A stretch of 64,000 nt of DNA from Felis catus (taxonomy: Eukaryota): assembly GCF_018350175.1 (NCBI RefSeq), contig NC_058368.1, positions 188,172,001 to 188,236,000 on the forward strand. Reading direction: 5' to 3'. Made by a program: the position numbers and the translations under genes. The notes beneath the pieces are model-generated. The model searched no databases, was not told the origin of the DNA, and worked only from the letters and a program-made list of their open reading frames with translations. Shown here piece by piece: positions 1 through 13,649 of the stretch (its first letter is position 1; every line of letters starts with the position of its first letter).

Positions 1-354
1 ATTCTCTGGAAAGGACAACCCAGCTTAAGAATAAAGCCAAATGAACACCTAGTCTAGAACCACATGTTGGAGGAGAGGGCCCTTCTCATCTTCTGTCATG
101 ACCCTATTGAGGACTGAGTCATGGAAACTCTAGAACCTTCTATATGTATCCCTACATCTAGGGTGCAGTAGGAGCTACTCAATCAATATTTATTGAGTGA
201 ATGAGTCTCCTGGGAGGGGTAATATATTAACATATTATCTGCTGCTAATAGCTTTGTGCAAATTAGCTTAAAATTAAAATGAGCACCTCTTCGGCACTTT
301 GCATCTTATTAAGGCAGCATATGCAGAATTCCATTTAGTTTTCACAGTATTGTT

Positions 355-490
355 GGAAAGGCTGTATTTACGATCTTGGGTAAATTATTTAACCTTTCTA
401 TGCCTTGGTTTCCCCATCTATAAAATGGAACGAATAGTGCCAACCTCATAGAGGTAGAATTAATGGGATAAAAAATGTAAAGCCTGAGAG
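355..490 (+). mobile_element. MIR SINE fragment
   Basis: MIR core-like: atcttgggtaaattatttaacctttctatgccttggtttccccatctataaaatgg...acctcatag. Confidence 0.75.
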
Positions 491-1295
491 TCTTTCCATA
501 GGGACTGTGACCTCTATGTATTGTGGCCTGTTTCCCCATTCCCAGAAGATAGGTTAATATGTAGTGACTTGGGATGTGGAGACAGAACTGCGGTTGATGT
601 CATTTCTTCACAGTCGCCATCTTGGACCCCAGCTTAGCTGGCAGACAGTATTCCACCAAAACAGAATGTGGGCTAGTATCCACTTCTGGCCTCATAACTT
701 TAGCCCAGAATTTTGCTTTGGAAGACATTAGAGATTCTTTTTCCTCGGTTGTTTACTTGTTCTCAGATCATGTGGAAAGCCCTCTGGAACCTTCTGACAA
801 TGTTAATATGGGGCCAGAAAACTGGTGACGGAAAAGCTGGGAGGAAAGTGTGAGAAGGGCACAGGAATTGCTGGGGGCCGCTGTCTTCTTGTCTTGATGT
901 TTATTCTCCACATTTTTGTAAGCTGGATCTTCACAAGTGCCCAAGGGGTATTGCCAAGTCGAGTTCCCTCCCTCCACTCTGTCCCCTTCTGCCCCATACC
1001 TCTAGTCTGAGCCTGGTAAATGGGTCCCCACTCTTCCTGGCCCCACCTTCCTTCTTCTCTCCATGAACACTCTCTTGCAGGGGAATGGCTCTATAAACAA
1101 GAGAGACAAAGAAAAGAGGAGACACAAGGCACCAAGAGAGCAAAAGGGTGAGAGTGGACAGGAATGTAAAACAAAGAAAAGAAGTAGATGCTGGGCATGG
1201 GTGGTGGGGGGTGACAATAACTCAGAAGATGGATACCCAAGAGGTAGCATGGGTTCAGCCATTGATAGGGACTTAGAACTTGGGGCATTTCACAT

Positions 1296-1585
1296 CAGAG
1301 GTTGCAAGTGGCTAGCCTATGGGCTGAATCCAGCCAAACACTAGTTTGGGGGCTCACACAGTGTTTTAAAATTTAAGAAACTTCTCATAAAAATCCAAAT
1401 ATTCAGCTTGAAAAATCTGGTCATGAGAGTTCACATTTCTTCACGCCAACAATGGACCAGAGCTGGATGGGGCAAATGCCATTCCCAGTTTGCCACAGGC
1501 CCCACCACTCTGTTGCATGACACTCAGCCTGGTTCTCTTACTTAAATTACCTTCCTAGTGCCTATAGGTACCTGAGTTTGAGAGA
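1296..1585 (+). mobile_element. MER102-like hAT-Charlie DNA transposon fossil
   Basis: cacacagtgttttaaaattt...aaaaatccaaatattcagcttgaaaaatc...ccagtttgccacaggccccaccactc resembles recalled MER102 consensus. Confidence 0.6.
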
Positions 1586-2478
1586 CTTATTTTACATGTA
1601 TCATTTTTAGCACCAGCTGGTGAACCCACCTTTTTCTGAACTAGTCATACCCACAGTAAATGCACAGGCAATCACCATGAGATGGTTTTGAAAGGAAGAG
1701 TAGAGAAGGATGGAGGGAGAAGTAGATATAAAAAGGAAGAGAAAAACTTTAAGTGGGAAAGGAAAAAATCCAGAGCAAAGGACAGGGAGGGTAGACAAGC
1801 AGATAGAGAGTCAGAATTCTCCTTTCCCATCAGGCTCCCTAGCTCTCTGAATTTCCTTAAACAAGGCATGTGATCTTTGTGGGTCAGTAACTTTCCTCAT
1901 TAGTATCAGGTTGCATCAACATGTTCATTATCAAAAAGTCAACTTTCCATGGGGCTCCTCTATAAGTAAATCAGATGGAGATTCTCAAATAAATTAATCA
2001 ATGACAGCATGCTGTTTATTGTAGCCTTCCTAGGTGATTGATTTAATATTTATTGAGTCAAGAATATGTGCTACTGTATAAATGACACCATTACTACATT
2101 CTTCCAGCTTGAATTAATTTCTCAAGATAAGGCATTTGGTTGCAAGCGTTTCTAGGTTAAAGCTTTCATAAAGGGTGGTGGGGTTGTGTGAGTGGGGTAA
2201 GGACACAGAGAAAGGTGAGGTTTATTGTCAATTGTTCAGTAAAACATCAGTCAATCTTAACCACCCTTTAAATAGTTCTCATCTCCCCGCCTACCTGATG
2301 TTTTGCCAATACTGCAGCTGATTTACTATAAAAATGCTGAAATTGGATGCTATTTCTGAAAGAAAGAGCTCTTATGCTAAAGAAATTTAAAGATTTTCTG
2401 TTCTTTTGGGTCTATGAGGATTAGCTCTCTGATCAGCTTTTCCTAACCCAGTCACCAAATTAGTCTAAAAATTACACG

Positions 2479-2832
2479 TTTCATTCATTTAGTGAATAAA
2501 TCCTGAGCACCTACTATGTACCAGGCACTGTTCCAGGCTCTGGGACAAAAAAGGAAAGGCTCATGAAACCCCAAGCCCAGAGGGTAGAGACAGGCATTAA
2601 ATAAACCCACACGGATGTAGAGTAATTCCCAATGGTAGGGAATGAAGTGATTTAAATGAAGCTGAGTAAGGGAGCAGAGGGGAGAGGACTTTTTTAGAAA
2701 GATGCTCACTGAGAAGCAAATCTGCCCTGGTCCCCGAGTGATGAGAAGAAACCTTGCTAAAGATCTGGGTCAGGGTGCTCCTGGCAGAGCAAACGGCATT
2801 TGCAAGGTTTTTTGTTTGTTTTGTTTATTTGT

Positions 2833-2868
<36 letters not shown>

Positions 2869-3150
2869 GGCAGGCACACGTGGGCAGAGCAGGGGAGGAG
2901 CAGAAAGAATCCCAAGCAGGATCCATACTGGCAGTGCAGAGCATGACTCGGGGCTCGAACCCAAGAACCGTGAGATCATGACCTGAGTCAAATAAGCATC
3001 GAGTCGGATGCTTAACTGACTGAGCCACGCAGACGCCCCAGCAATTGCAAGGTTTTGGAAGTCGGGAGGAGCTTGCTCCATACAGGACGTTGAAGGGATA
3101 GCAGGCAGCATTGGAGCTGGGACACACGGGCTTGCTGGAACTAGTGAGAA
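2479..3150 (-). mobile_element. L2 LINE 3' fragment, interrupted by a SINE
   Basis: ttcattcattt...tgagcacctactatgtaccaggcactgttccagg is the reverse L2 3' end; resumes after 3040. Confidence 0.7.
2812..3039 (-). mobile_element. CanSINE
   Basis: T-rich tail, (GA)n, reversed tRNA-like head; TSD gcatttgcaaggtttt (2796) / gcaattgcaaggtttt (3041). Confidence 0.95.
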
Positions 3151-3624
3151 GATCAATTACAAAATATTTTAGGGACATACCGTTTTGCTACTTTTAAGCT
3201 CCAATACTAATTGGAAGCAGGCTAATAAATAACTGTACTGTAGAAACCCTTAGGGAGCTTACTTTGATGAATAGAGAAGTATTTGTAATTATCATAACAG
3301 GATTGTCTGTAAATAAATGCTTCTAAAAACGCCTAATTTGACATTTTAAAAACAATTTGTCCTCTTAAGCAGTTTAAACACACTGTCTCCCAAATGCTGT
3401 TAAGACCTTCCATTTGCATTTTAATTCTCCAGGCTCTTCCTTCCTCTTCCCCTCTCATAAGTTCTAAACAGCTCTTAAGAGTGTGGTGTTCTTCATAGAT
3501 TTTGAAAAGGTCAACACTGGCCAAGTTCTTGCCTGAATTATCACAAATTCTTAATTGATAAAGTCTGGATTTTGAAGGCATTCCTAGAATAATAATAGAC
3601 AATAGTTCTTATATTAGTTACATA

Positions 3625-3762
3625 CTCTATCAATTCATGATGTGGGTACATTATTAATGCCATTTTGAAACTGAAGAGTGCGAGGCTCAGAGAGGTTGTG
3701 TAACTTGGTCAAGTTTGCATGGCAAGGAAATGGAGGAGTCAAGATTTAAAACCAGGTCCCTT
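3625..3762 (-). mobile_element. MIR SINE fragment
   Basis: ccattttgaaactgaagagtgcgaggctcagagaggttgtgtaacttggtcaag. Confidence 0.75.
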
Positions 3763-3812
3763 GAGCTACCCACTAGTAAGTGTGGTAAGTACTCTGTATT
3801 AGAAGTAAAGCA

Positions 3813-4005
3813 GGGGTGCCTGGGTGGCTCAGTCAGTTAAATGGCCAACTCTTGGTTTTGGCTCAGGTCATGCTCTAACAGTTCTGGTTCCGTGAGATGG
3901 AGCCCTGAGTCAGGCTCTGTGTTGACAGCACGGAGACTGCTTGGGATTCTCTGCCTCGCGCTCTCTCTCTCAAAATGAATAAATAAACATTAAAAAAAAA
4001 AAAAA
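3813..4005 (+). mobile_element. CanSINE
   Basis: ggggtgcctgggtggctcagtcagttaa head, (CT)n, AATAAA, poly(A). Confidence 0.95.
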
Positions 4006-4134
4006 GAGGTTAAGCGACCTAGTTTATAATCTCTGCTCTACCATTGATGAGCTCAGGACCTTGTCAGTGTCTAACCTCCCTAGAGCTTACTTACCTCATC
4101 CTTAAAGATGCTGCTCATGATACCTGCTTATTCT

Positions 4135-4348
4135 TTTTTTCTTAATTTTTTTATGTTTATTATTTTTGAGAGAGAGACAGAGCATGAGTAGGGGAGGGTC
4201 AGAGAGAGAGGGAGACACAGAATCTGATGCAGGCTCCAGGCTCTGAGCTGTCAGCACAGAGCCCGATGTGGGGCCCGAGCCCACAAACCATGAGATCATG
4301 ACCTGAGCTGAAGTCAGTTGCTTAACTGACTGAGCCACCCAGGTGCCC
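4135..4348 (-). mobile_element. CanSINE (SINEC_Fc-like)
   Basis: Full length; perfect 14-bp TSD tacctgcttattct at 4121 and 4349. Confidence 0.97.
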
Positions 4349-4613
4349 TACCTGCTTATTCTAACCAGAATGCATCCATTCCACAAACATCACCTACGAA
4401 AGTGGCAAGAAGTATGCAGGGGGTGCTGCAGAACTGGGAGAAAATAAGGCGCAGGATCTGGCTTCATGGAGATTTCCATCATGTGAAAGGAGTAGATATT
4501 ATTCCCACAAATAAGAGTAAAATTACAATGGAAGCAGGTGTTCTCAGTCTTTACACAGATGGATCTGGCCTAGCTTGAAAGTCCAGGGAAGGCAATCTAA
4601 GTAAGTGACTTTT

Positions 4614-4810
4614 TAAAAAATGTTTATTTATTTTTGTGAGAGAGAGAGAGAGTGCACAAATTGGGGAGGGGGGGGGCACAGAATCCAAAGCAGGCTTGAG
4701 GCTCTGAGCTGTCAGCACAGAGCCCAACGTGGGGTTTGAACCCATGAACAGTAAGATCATGATCTGAGCTGAAGTTGGGCGCCCAACTGACTAAGCCACT
4801 GAGGTGCCCC
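4614..4810 (-). mobile_element. CanSINE within an L2 fragment (~4440-5050)
   Basis: Reverse SINE; TSD core aagtgactttt on both sides. Confidence 0.92.
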
Positions 4811-7415
4811 TGAGGAAGTGACTTTTGAACTAAGAGCTGAATGTTGAGAGAAGTTAGTTCCGTGAAGGGAAGGTGGTGTCAATGGTGTGAAGGAAGATGT
4901 TCCAGGAGCAAAGGACAGACTGTGAAAAGGCCCTGTGGAGAGAGGAAACTTGGCCCTGAAATAAGGCCACTGTGTTTAGGATGTGAGAGTATGTGAAGAG
5001 AGAGGAAGCTGGAAAATTAAAGGGATCAATCATACAGGGTCATGTCAGGGTCCTAAGGGTTCTGACATTTTCCATATTTTATGAATTTTTTGTGTTGATT
5101 CCTACCTTAACCCTGCTACCTTCTTTTCTTTCAAAAGAATGGGAAAGTCTGCCTAAGAGGGTGCCATGCCCAGGGCCTTGGCACTGGTTCTGGTCAATCT
5201 CCATTGTGTGTGCGGCCATCACAATGGGGCTCCGACCTGGCATTTGGGGCCCTAGGAACCTGCCGCAGGTCAGTGAGACAGCACATTCCTGTCTGAGACA
5301 AGAAAGACCCTGACATCTGTTCCTTGGCAAAAGAGCAAGACCTTCCAGGAAGGCCCAGTGGCCGAGGACTCGAATGCTGGAGAGGAAATTAGTTTCAGCA
5401 AAAACACAGGGCTGAATGTCAGGCCCCTCCTTCCTGCCCTGGGAACTGACCTGGCTGCTGATGGTGGACTCCAGGAGACAAAGGGTCGTGTAGGCGCTCT
5501 GTGTTATGGCCCCCACCAGCCCCCAAATATTTTTCATTTCTGATGGTGTGATGAAGGATTCAGGCTGCTGGGCTCCTGCCTTAATCACATTCATTCCACT
5601 TTGTTAGGGAGGGCTGTTTTCTGGAGCCTCTGAGGAAATAAAGATGATGAATAGAGGGAAATCACATTCTTTATTAGCATGGATGGGCAGACAGATCCCA
5701 GTAGTAATTAATCCCAGGATGTTTACAAATTTTTTCTTCTTTGTCAACCGAGAGTTGGGGTTTGCCATTGTTGCCTTAAAGGAAGAATGGAAGCTGAAAA
5801 GCCATGTTAGGAAGAGGGATGGCAAAATATTGATTAATCATCCAGTAATGCTTAATGGAAAGCAGTGTCCTAAACATCAAGATCCCAGGACCCTAAGGAG
5901 AAACAAGTTACAAGCATGCAGGACCCTCTTAGGAAAGCTCAGAAAATTCCATGGCTTAATCCTGAGTTAGCAAAGACTTTTTTTTTTGGATAGCGAAAAG
6001 GGGGATAAATAGAATGTAAGGACCCCCCAAACAATACAAAACAGCTATAAATGCTTATGGAAATTGGATTGTTTCAGGACTTTTGTGAGTCATTAAGGGT
6101 CAGGCAGAAAATCCTTTTGTTCCAATCTTGGGATTGTTCAGCATTCTTCCAGAACATCCGTGTTCTCTTTCTTGCCTACTAAGGACTGGAGAATGGCTAA
6201 AGGGTAGTCATTCTGACATGATTTGGGTTGTTTTGAGCTTTGGGGACACTATTATGAATATCAATTCTTTTTATGCTCTGACCCAAGAATAGGAGATCCA
6301 AGTCTCGGTCCTGGCTTGATAAAGCATGAATTGTGTGACCTTGGGTGAGTCACTGCACCTCTCAGAACCTCAGTTTACTCATTGAAAAACCAAGGGATCG
6401 TGGCCCTGTACAGCTTGAAATTTCCATGTGGCTGAATTTAAAGTCTGTGCTTACAGCAATTTTAGGGTATTGGACTGAGTATGTAAGACACCCCTCATGC
6501 TTTTAAAATGTATCTTGAATGTGAGAGGTTGACTTGTGGAATGGTGGTGGGAAATGTTAAAAATAAACACCTAAGAACTATTTGTAACTTGTACACTGAA
6601 TATATAGATGTTCCTAAAGAGTTCTACAATGCTTAAAACAGTTTGTTCTTTCAGACACTTTAATTATACTCTTCAAAGGTTTTGTTTGTTTGTTTTTTGC
6701 ATACATTCTCACTTTGTTTTCAGCTACCTTCTTCTTAAAACATGGGAAGATCAGTCAGCCTCAACCAGTAGATTGAAAATTCGTACTGTCTGAATTAGGG
6801 AAACTTCTTATGCTTTCCAGAGCTCTGAGCATCTCATCTTGAATCTTCAAAGTTCTGGGAAGCTCCAAATCCATTTGCTGGGGCAAGACGAAAAAAAAAA
6901 AAATCTTGGAGGGTATCCAAAAGAGAATTAGACCACATTCCCAGTGGTCTTCTGGTCAACCCTTGCCTTTTTTTGACTTGACATGGGTCCTGCCCATCAC
7001 ACTCAGCTCATGAGAAAACGGCCGAGAAACACCCAAAGTTTTAAGCAAACAAACTCTACTTCACTGGAGATGGGTTATTATGCATTAGACTACCGGGCAA
7101 AGCTAATATTGGCAAACAATAAATAAATAAAGGGAAACACAAGGTTTGTTTAAAGATGGAAAGTGAGGAAGAACATTGTTTTCTCTGTCTTGGGACTCAA
7201 CCTCCACTGTGAACCAAAAACTAGAGTTCACCACACTAATATTCAAAGCCTATTGAACCATATCGAAATCTCTATATCTAAATATGCTGCCAGCTGACCT
7301 TGAACAGAGCCAATATTTCACTTGGTTCAAACCCATATTCTTTTCTCTTGCTCACAGAATTGCCTAAATGATTTGGTAGCCAGCTTTTCTCACTTGAAGA
7401 GTCTTTAGAAATGGG

Positions 7416-7436
7416 GTGTGTGTGTGTGTGCATGTA

Positions 7437-7472
<36 letters not shown>
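7416..7472. repeat. Interrupted (TG)n microsatellite
   Basis: Seen directly. Confidence 0.95.
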
Positions 7473-7474
<2 letters not shown>

Positions 7475-8165
7475 GTGTGGCAGTGAGCAAGATTAGTGCT
7501 CTTAGTTTTTTGTAACTCGAAATATCTATTTGTTAAGCTGCCATTCAGGTCCCTCATATCTTTGGTATGCGATAAAACACAATTTTGTGGATTCGAGGGT
7601 TTTCTTTCTTTCCTTGTGCTTTCTCTCTTTCTTTTTTTGTTACAAAAACCAACACAGCTGCAAGGACTTTCACATCCAATAACCCAAGATAGTTCCTGTT
7701 TGCCCAGTTCCCAGATAAAAGAAAAACAAAACGAGTGTGGGGTGGTTTATCGTTTTTTGAAACAGGATACATTTTTCCCATGTTCAGATCTGAAAATACT
7801 TGGCTGTAATTTAATCTACCTTTATTAGATTACACAGTTATGTCCACAAAACTGTGGAAGCCATCCTAAATTAGTAAGGTCAGGGAAGAAGCAGGCTGAG
7901 ATGTGAGAATTCCTGCTGCTCCTGCCTGACGTGTCTTCTGAATGGAGAGGCAAGTCGTGGGCAAAGCATTCGATTCACCAGGGACATCACCCCTCGAGTG
8001 CCCCCAGTGGGAATTTACCTTCTACTTCTTCCATAATGACTTCAGAGTAACCCCTCACTTAAGGAATATGTTAGATAGCTGTAGAACAGGTGAGAAATGG
8101 CCAGGTCATCCAAAAGTTATCATTTACTGGTCCAAAAATACTTTAAGCCTGGAGACCCCTACATA

Positions 8166-8588
8166 CAGTTGTCAGATAAAATATAGGACACCCAATAAAA
8201 TTTGTATTTCAAATAAATAATTATTTTTAGAATGAATATATCCCAAATATTTCATGGGATATACTAATACTAAAAACTTATTTGTTGATTATCTGAGATA
8301 CACATTTAACTAGAAATCGGTATATTTTTTAAATGTTTATTTATTTTGAGAGAGAGAGAGTGTGTGTGTGTGTGTATTTGAATGAGCATGAGTTGGGGAG
8401 GGGCAGAGAGAGAGGATGAGAGAGAATCCCAAGTAGGCTCCAAGCTGTCAGCACAGAGCTTGACAGGAGCTGGATCCCATGAACCTTGAGATCATGACCT
8501 AGCTGAATCAAGAGTTAGGCACTCAACCAACTGCGCCACCAAAGTGCCCTGAGAAAACCTATATTTTTATTTGCTAAATCGAGCAACA
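8166..8588. mobile_element. MER53 palindromic hAT MITE, interrupted by a SINE
   Basis: gttgtcagataaaatataggacaccc...tatcccaaatatttcatgggatata...atttttatttgctaaatcgagcaac; internally self-complementary. Confidence 0.8.
8329..8549 (-). mobile_element. CanSINE inserted in MER53
   Basis: Reverse SINE; degenerate TSD agaaa..tatattttt. Confidence 0.92.
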
Positions 8589-9329
8589 AATCAAATCACC
8601 ACAAAAGACCCTAATACCATTTTTAATAATAAAAACTAAATTAAATTAAATTATAACCCATGTAGCAGATCTGAAACTTAGGTCATAGATACAGGTGTGC
8701 AAGATATATATATATATATATATTTTTTTTTTTTTCCTTTTTTTAAAGAGAAATATGTTCTGCCTCTGGGTGCCCAAGGCAGCAGGCAATTCAGCTTCTG
8801 TCATTATGGGATCCTGCCACTTCCCATATCAATCCAGGACCTATTCTTAGGTAGTGTCCTGAGAATAGGGTTAGAGATCCAAATTCTAAGCTGTCATGCT
8901 GGCCAGTGACATCCTCCTGGCTTGGAGGTCAGTGGTCACTTTAGGTATGGGTGCTCTATTTTCAGTCGTGTGGGACTAGGGGAAGTTTTTAAATTTTTTT
9001 GAGACAAAGCAGCTCTGTACTTAGGAGCCATATTTTGGTCAATGATTCTCCATTTGAACACTGACTTCTTTTTAAATTCCATGAACTCTCTTTCTTTCTC
9101 CTCTGGTTAATTTTGAAGACGTTTTCTGACTTCTGGTTGCTCTCAAAAGTACAGTTTCTTGAATGATTTGGGAGCTTTTATAAAAAACAGGAAGAATTTC
9201 TGTCTTTAGGTAGTTCTACTACCCTCTGCCTCTCAGACACAAAAGAATCCCTAGGGAAGTAATTCTTCATGGGTCTGAATACCTGCTTGAAATGGAAGGA
9301 GGTAAAAACAAGAAGATTGTAGATGAGAT

Positions 9330-9680
9330 TATTGTTCAGTATATATGCCCTTCTCCCTCCAGGGGAGGAGTCTTCTTCTCTTACCCAGTGATGCCGGGAT
9401 TTGTCACGTGACTTGCTTTGTCCAATGAGATGTTGATGAACATGATCAAGATAGGGCTTGAAATGTGCTGTGTGGTTGGATGTACTCTGCCATCACCATT
9501 GCCACATATCCAGGGAGGATAAGAGACCTAGACAAACTCACAGCTTAGAGCAAACCAAGTGAAGTCCAGCCCAGATCAGTGGAATCCAGCCAAATTTCAG
9601 GCACATGAACAAAAAACAATTTTGATTATCATACACTACTGGGTTTTGGGGTAGTTTGTTATGCAAAATAACTAACAACA
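9330..9680 (+). mobile_element. MaLR MLT1 (H/I-like) solo LTR
   Basis: tcacgtgacttgctttgtccaatgagatgtt...ttttggggtagtttgttatgca...aactaacaaca. Confidence 0.7.
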
Positions 9681-10274
9681 GATAGGGGTATAAATGAAAA
9701 GTCATATTTTAGTAGATTAGTAAATTGTCTTGACACACTTAATGCTCAGCCATGATATTAAAACATTTATTGCTTCCAAAAATTCCAGGCATATGCCTGG
9801 GATCTTATGGCACTCTCTCTTTCTCTCTCTGTCTTCATAATATTTTATATCATTCTCTAAGTTATTTCTTCTAAAAGCTTATGTTCATTTAAAGCTTGTA
9901 GTTTACAAAGTGCCCTCCCATCCATTATTCCATTGTATCTTTTTAACAAGTCAATGGTGAGGTGAGGTTGGTATTACTAGTGACATTTGAGAGACAGGGA
10001 ATTGATTCGAAAAGAGGTCAAGGATTTGCCATGGGGAACAAAGGCAGTTCTGGGTTCCAAATCAGAACTGGGACTTCAATCAAGTCTTCTCATACCTCTT
10101 GCAAGGGCTTCTCCTACCAAGGGTGTTGCCCCTACAACACCCAGCACAGGGATGAGCATACTATATTCTTAGTAAATACCCGAGAAATGATGGGGGCATC
10201 AAATCTTTTGGCTGGAAATGTAAGTGTGAGGCCAAGAAGCATCTCACTAGAGGTTCTCTCCCCATGGCCTCTGT

Positions 10275-10560
10275 TAATGCTTCTCAAAACATATGTTAAT
10301 AAAAGTTGGGGAGTAGGTGTGTAGAGGGATAGAGGTGGAAGGGTTTGATGCTATTTAATATGTTTTAGAAATTCTGGTTTAGTAAATTAACTGTCTTTTC
10401 TGCAGTGCTTTAAGTGGGTTTGAAGAGCTTATTTGCATTACTTTCTAAATGAGAGTACAGTATAATGCCTTTCTCTAAGTTATTGGACCATGGAACCTTC
10501 CCACCAGAAATTATCTTGCTGGATTAGGGTTCCATAGAACCCACTTTGGGAAACACCAGC
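10275..10560 (-). mobile_element. hAT-Charlie (MER112-like) fossil
   Basis: Ends gttccatagaacccactttgggaaacac, a typical Charlie terminus. Confidence 0.5.
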
Positions 10561-10719
10561 CTATGCCATTGAACTGCCTTGGTTCTGCCCTTGGCATCTC
10601 CCTTTTGTACCACCCAGAGTTATTTGTACATCAGGCACCCTCTGGGGCTTTCTCAAGCTTTTTGTTAAGGACTCGGTTCTAATTCTAAGAAGCTTTTAAC
10701 TTAATGGGATGATAACTTG

Positions 10720-11130
10720 GTGTATTAATTAAGGCTCTTTTAGTTGCAAACATAAAAAGAAACTCTGTCTAACTTCCTTGAAGATATTAGGAAAACTCAC
10801 AAAAATCATAAGAGTTGCCAAACAATTAAGATTTGAAAAGAATAGGAACCGGGCAGTTTTGCCCTGGGAATCCCTGGAGCTGCCACTCAAATAATTCTGC
10901 TTGCAGAGACATCTCTGTCCACATCTTTCTGCTCAGGTTTCAGGTTCTGGAAGGGAGAATCTGATCTTTCTCACTTGGGCCAGACATCTCTGCCCCAGGA
11001 CCATTCAAGCATGAGAGAGAGCACAGAGGGTGCCACTGAGGAAACCCCCATGATCTGGGTGGTTCAGTCCCATCTTTCAGGGTCATTGGTTTGAATGGAA
11101 CTCAGTAGGGTCATTGGATTCATACAGCTG
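10720..11130 (-). mobile_element. Old MLT1 (K/L-like) LTR
   Basis: tgtattaattaaggctctttagttgcaa...agaaactc reversed MLT1 end. Confidence 0.55.
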
Positions 11131-12663
11131 TAACTACCTTTGGAAAGTCCATTACATTTTTCTCTAGGGATAGAAAGCATTGTTGATTTTTCCCAAAAAT
11201 TCAGATTTCCCAAACTAAAACTCATCCTTCGCCTTGGAGAAGCCCTTTGGCAAGTAGAGTATCTCCTGAAACCAACAAACAGTTGCTCAGCAGCAAGTGG
11301 TATGGTGTTTGGTTGAACTTGCCCACATTTTCCAAATCCTGTCTTCCTCTCTCCTCTTTGGCCAAATGCAGGCGGTTGAATTCCCAGAATTCACAGAATT
11401 CACTGTGCATGTGCTGCCACTCCACTGATAGACAGAGATGGATCCATACACTAGCCATAAGCAAACCTTAGAAGTAAGAGGTTAATATCCTTCTTGTTCA
11501 TTACTAAAAAGTGGATGAGGTCATCAAGGATGTGTCTTTGAGCAAAAGGATTGCTTGGGTGCAGGGAGGGTGGGGTGCCTTATTTGTGATGATTCTAAAG
11601 CAATTTAAACTGCTTTTTAAACAAGTCAAACTGAGATTTTCTTCTGCTTTCTGAAATTTCAAATTCAGAAGCAAATGAGGCATTAAAAAAAAATAAGCCT
11701 CCAAGGGGACCACCACCTATTACTATGTTATACTGTGGGGTTTTATTTGAATATATTTTGCTTTTATTGCTTTGTTCTCTTTCCTCACTATGATTTACAA
11801 AGCAGTGTGGGAAAATGGTTAATACAGAATAAAAGTTAAAATTAAAACCACTTTTTCCACTACGGTGCTGTCTCCTTCCAACCCCCTCATCCCTGGAGGC
11901 CTGTTCAACTGAGTTTAGTAGCACAAAGGCTACTGAGTTCCAGAACTATATTCATAATCTACCTAAGTTGGATTGATTTCCTAGCGTCAGGACAAAGTAA
12001 GTGATTAGTTGGTTTTGTTGATAATATGGAGACCATTGATAAATAATGGAATAAGTTCATTTTAAGATGTCTGTACAACTCTGGGAATTTGTGGGATTTA
12101 TGAAACTATTCAGGTTAGTACAAATAACTTTGTGTTTAGAGATGAGCCTGCTTTGGGGCCCAAATAGTTCCCAAGGAGAACGATTACTGCTCATTGCTCT
12201 GTCCCATCAGACTTGTTAGATTGGCAGGGACTGCATCTGCTGTTTCTCTCGGCCTGCCTGGGTCTTTTCACCTTGAGGAATAGGATCTTATCAGAGAGGT
12301 ATCCCGCATGCCAACCAGGGATCAGGTCCAAGCTCTTCAAATCACCCAAGTCTTTTTTGAACACTTACTATGTGTCAGGCAGAGTTTTGGCCACTTTTAC
12401 ATCTACCATCCAACATTTTATAGAACATGTTAAAATCCCATTTTACCTATGAAAATTTGAGAATCAAAGTGATTAAGACTTTTTTTCTTGGTCAGACAGT
12501 TCTACTCCCAGTGATAATAATAATCCAATTAGACAGAACAGAAGGTTCCCTCAGACTATGGGATCAATGTGGAAGACTGAACCTGTACTCATGAGATAAA
12601 TAAGTTAAAGGCAATAACCACAATATATCTGAGGTATGGTGCAAAGTGTCTTTCGGTACCACA

Positions 12664-12883
12664 TTTGTTTTTATTTATTTTTTTATGGTTATTTATTTAC
12701 TTTTAAGAGAGACAGAGCATGGGTGGGGTAGGGGCAGAGAGAGAGGGAGACACAGAATCTGAAGCAGGCTCCAGACCTTGAGCTGTCAGCACAGAGCCTG
12801 ATGTGGGGCTTGAAGTCACCAACTGTGAGATCGAGACCTGAGCCCAAGTCAGATGCTCAACTGACTGAGCCACCCAGGTGCCC
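12664..12883 (-). mobile_element. CanSINE
   Basis: Full-length reverse copy; TSD core ggtacca. Confidence 0.95.
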
Positions 12884-13649
12884 TGGTACCATGTTTATTT
12901 TAACCATCACATCTAGGCCATGAAGTAGGTAGTAAAAAGAATTTGTTTTAGAGATGGGAAAATAGTAGACTAAGGGAACTTGAGAACATTGCCAATAACT
13001 GAACTTTTCATGGTAACTGCTGCAAGCCAGGCTTATGTAATATAGCAGATACTGTGCAGAAGACATTGAGATAAGTCAGGACGGTTTCAGGCTGCAAGTA
13101 ATGAGAGCAAAGTCTCCAAGTGGGATGAAAGGACTTCCACTTAAGCAAATATGTAGGCTGTAACACAACACAGCCCAAGTGTTAGAGGACGTGAATAGAA
13201 AGTTATCTCAGAGTCACGACTCTGGTAGATATCAAGGCAGAGAGGCTGACTGGTTGGCATCATCAGGGAGCTTCTCTAAGAGAAATGAGTTACATACTCT
13301 GCCCTGTTAACACAAAGGGCACTTGCCTAGGACTTTCTAGTGCCAACCACACTGCAGTGTTTTCATGGAGAAATCAGGCTCCCAGGAGTGTTTGAGGATG
13401 AATAAATCACCATTACACCTAACCTTTTTGTCCACCACTACCCGCAGGTGAACAAATTCTATTTTTAAGTGAAACTATGCATTGGGTATCTCTGTGAAAC
13501 ACAAATGTGTTGAATTTTTAAAGGGATCAAAGGATTAAAATTAAGGAACGAACTTTAATGAGTCAGCAGAATGGCAGGGATCAGGGAAAGGGACAGTGAG
13601 ATTTGGATAACAATGTCTCCCCAAGGTGCTAGAAAATACTGAACAGACA

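Noticed and set aside
767..824. Possible 58-nt exon (ttctcag| ... CTG|gtgacg)
   Set aside because: Weak donor, unrecognised peptide, no partner exons.
5079..5594. Longest ORF (171 aa, - strand)
   Set aside because: No recognisable domain, non-ATG start, no gene context; length compatible with chance.
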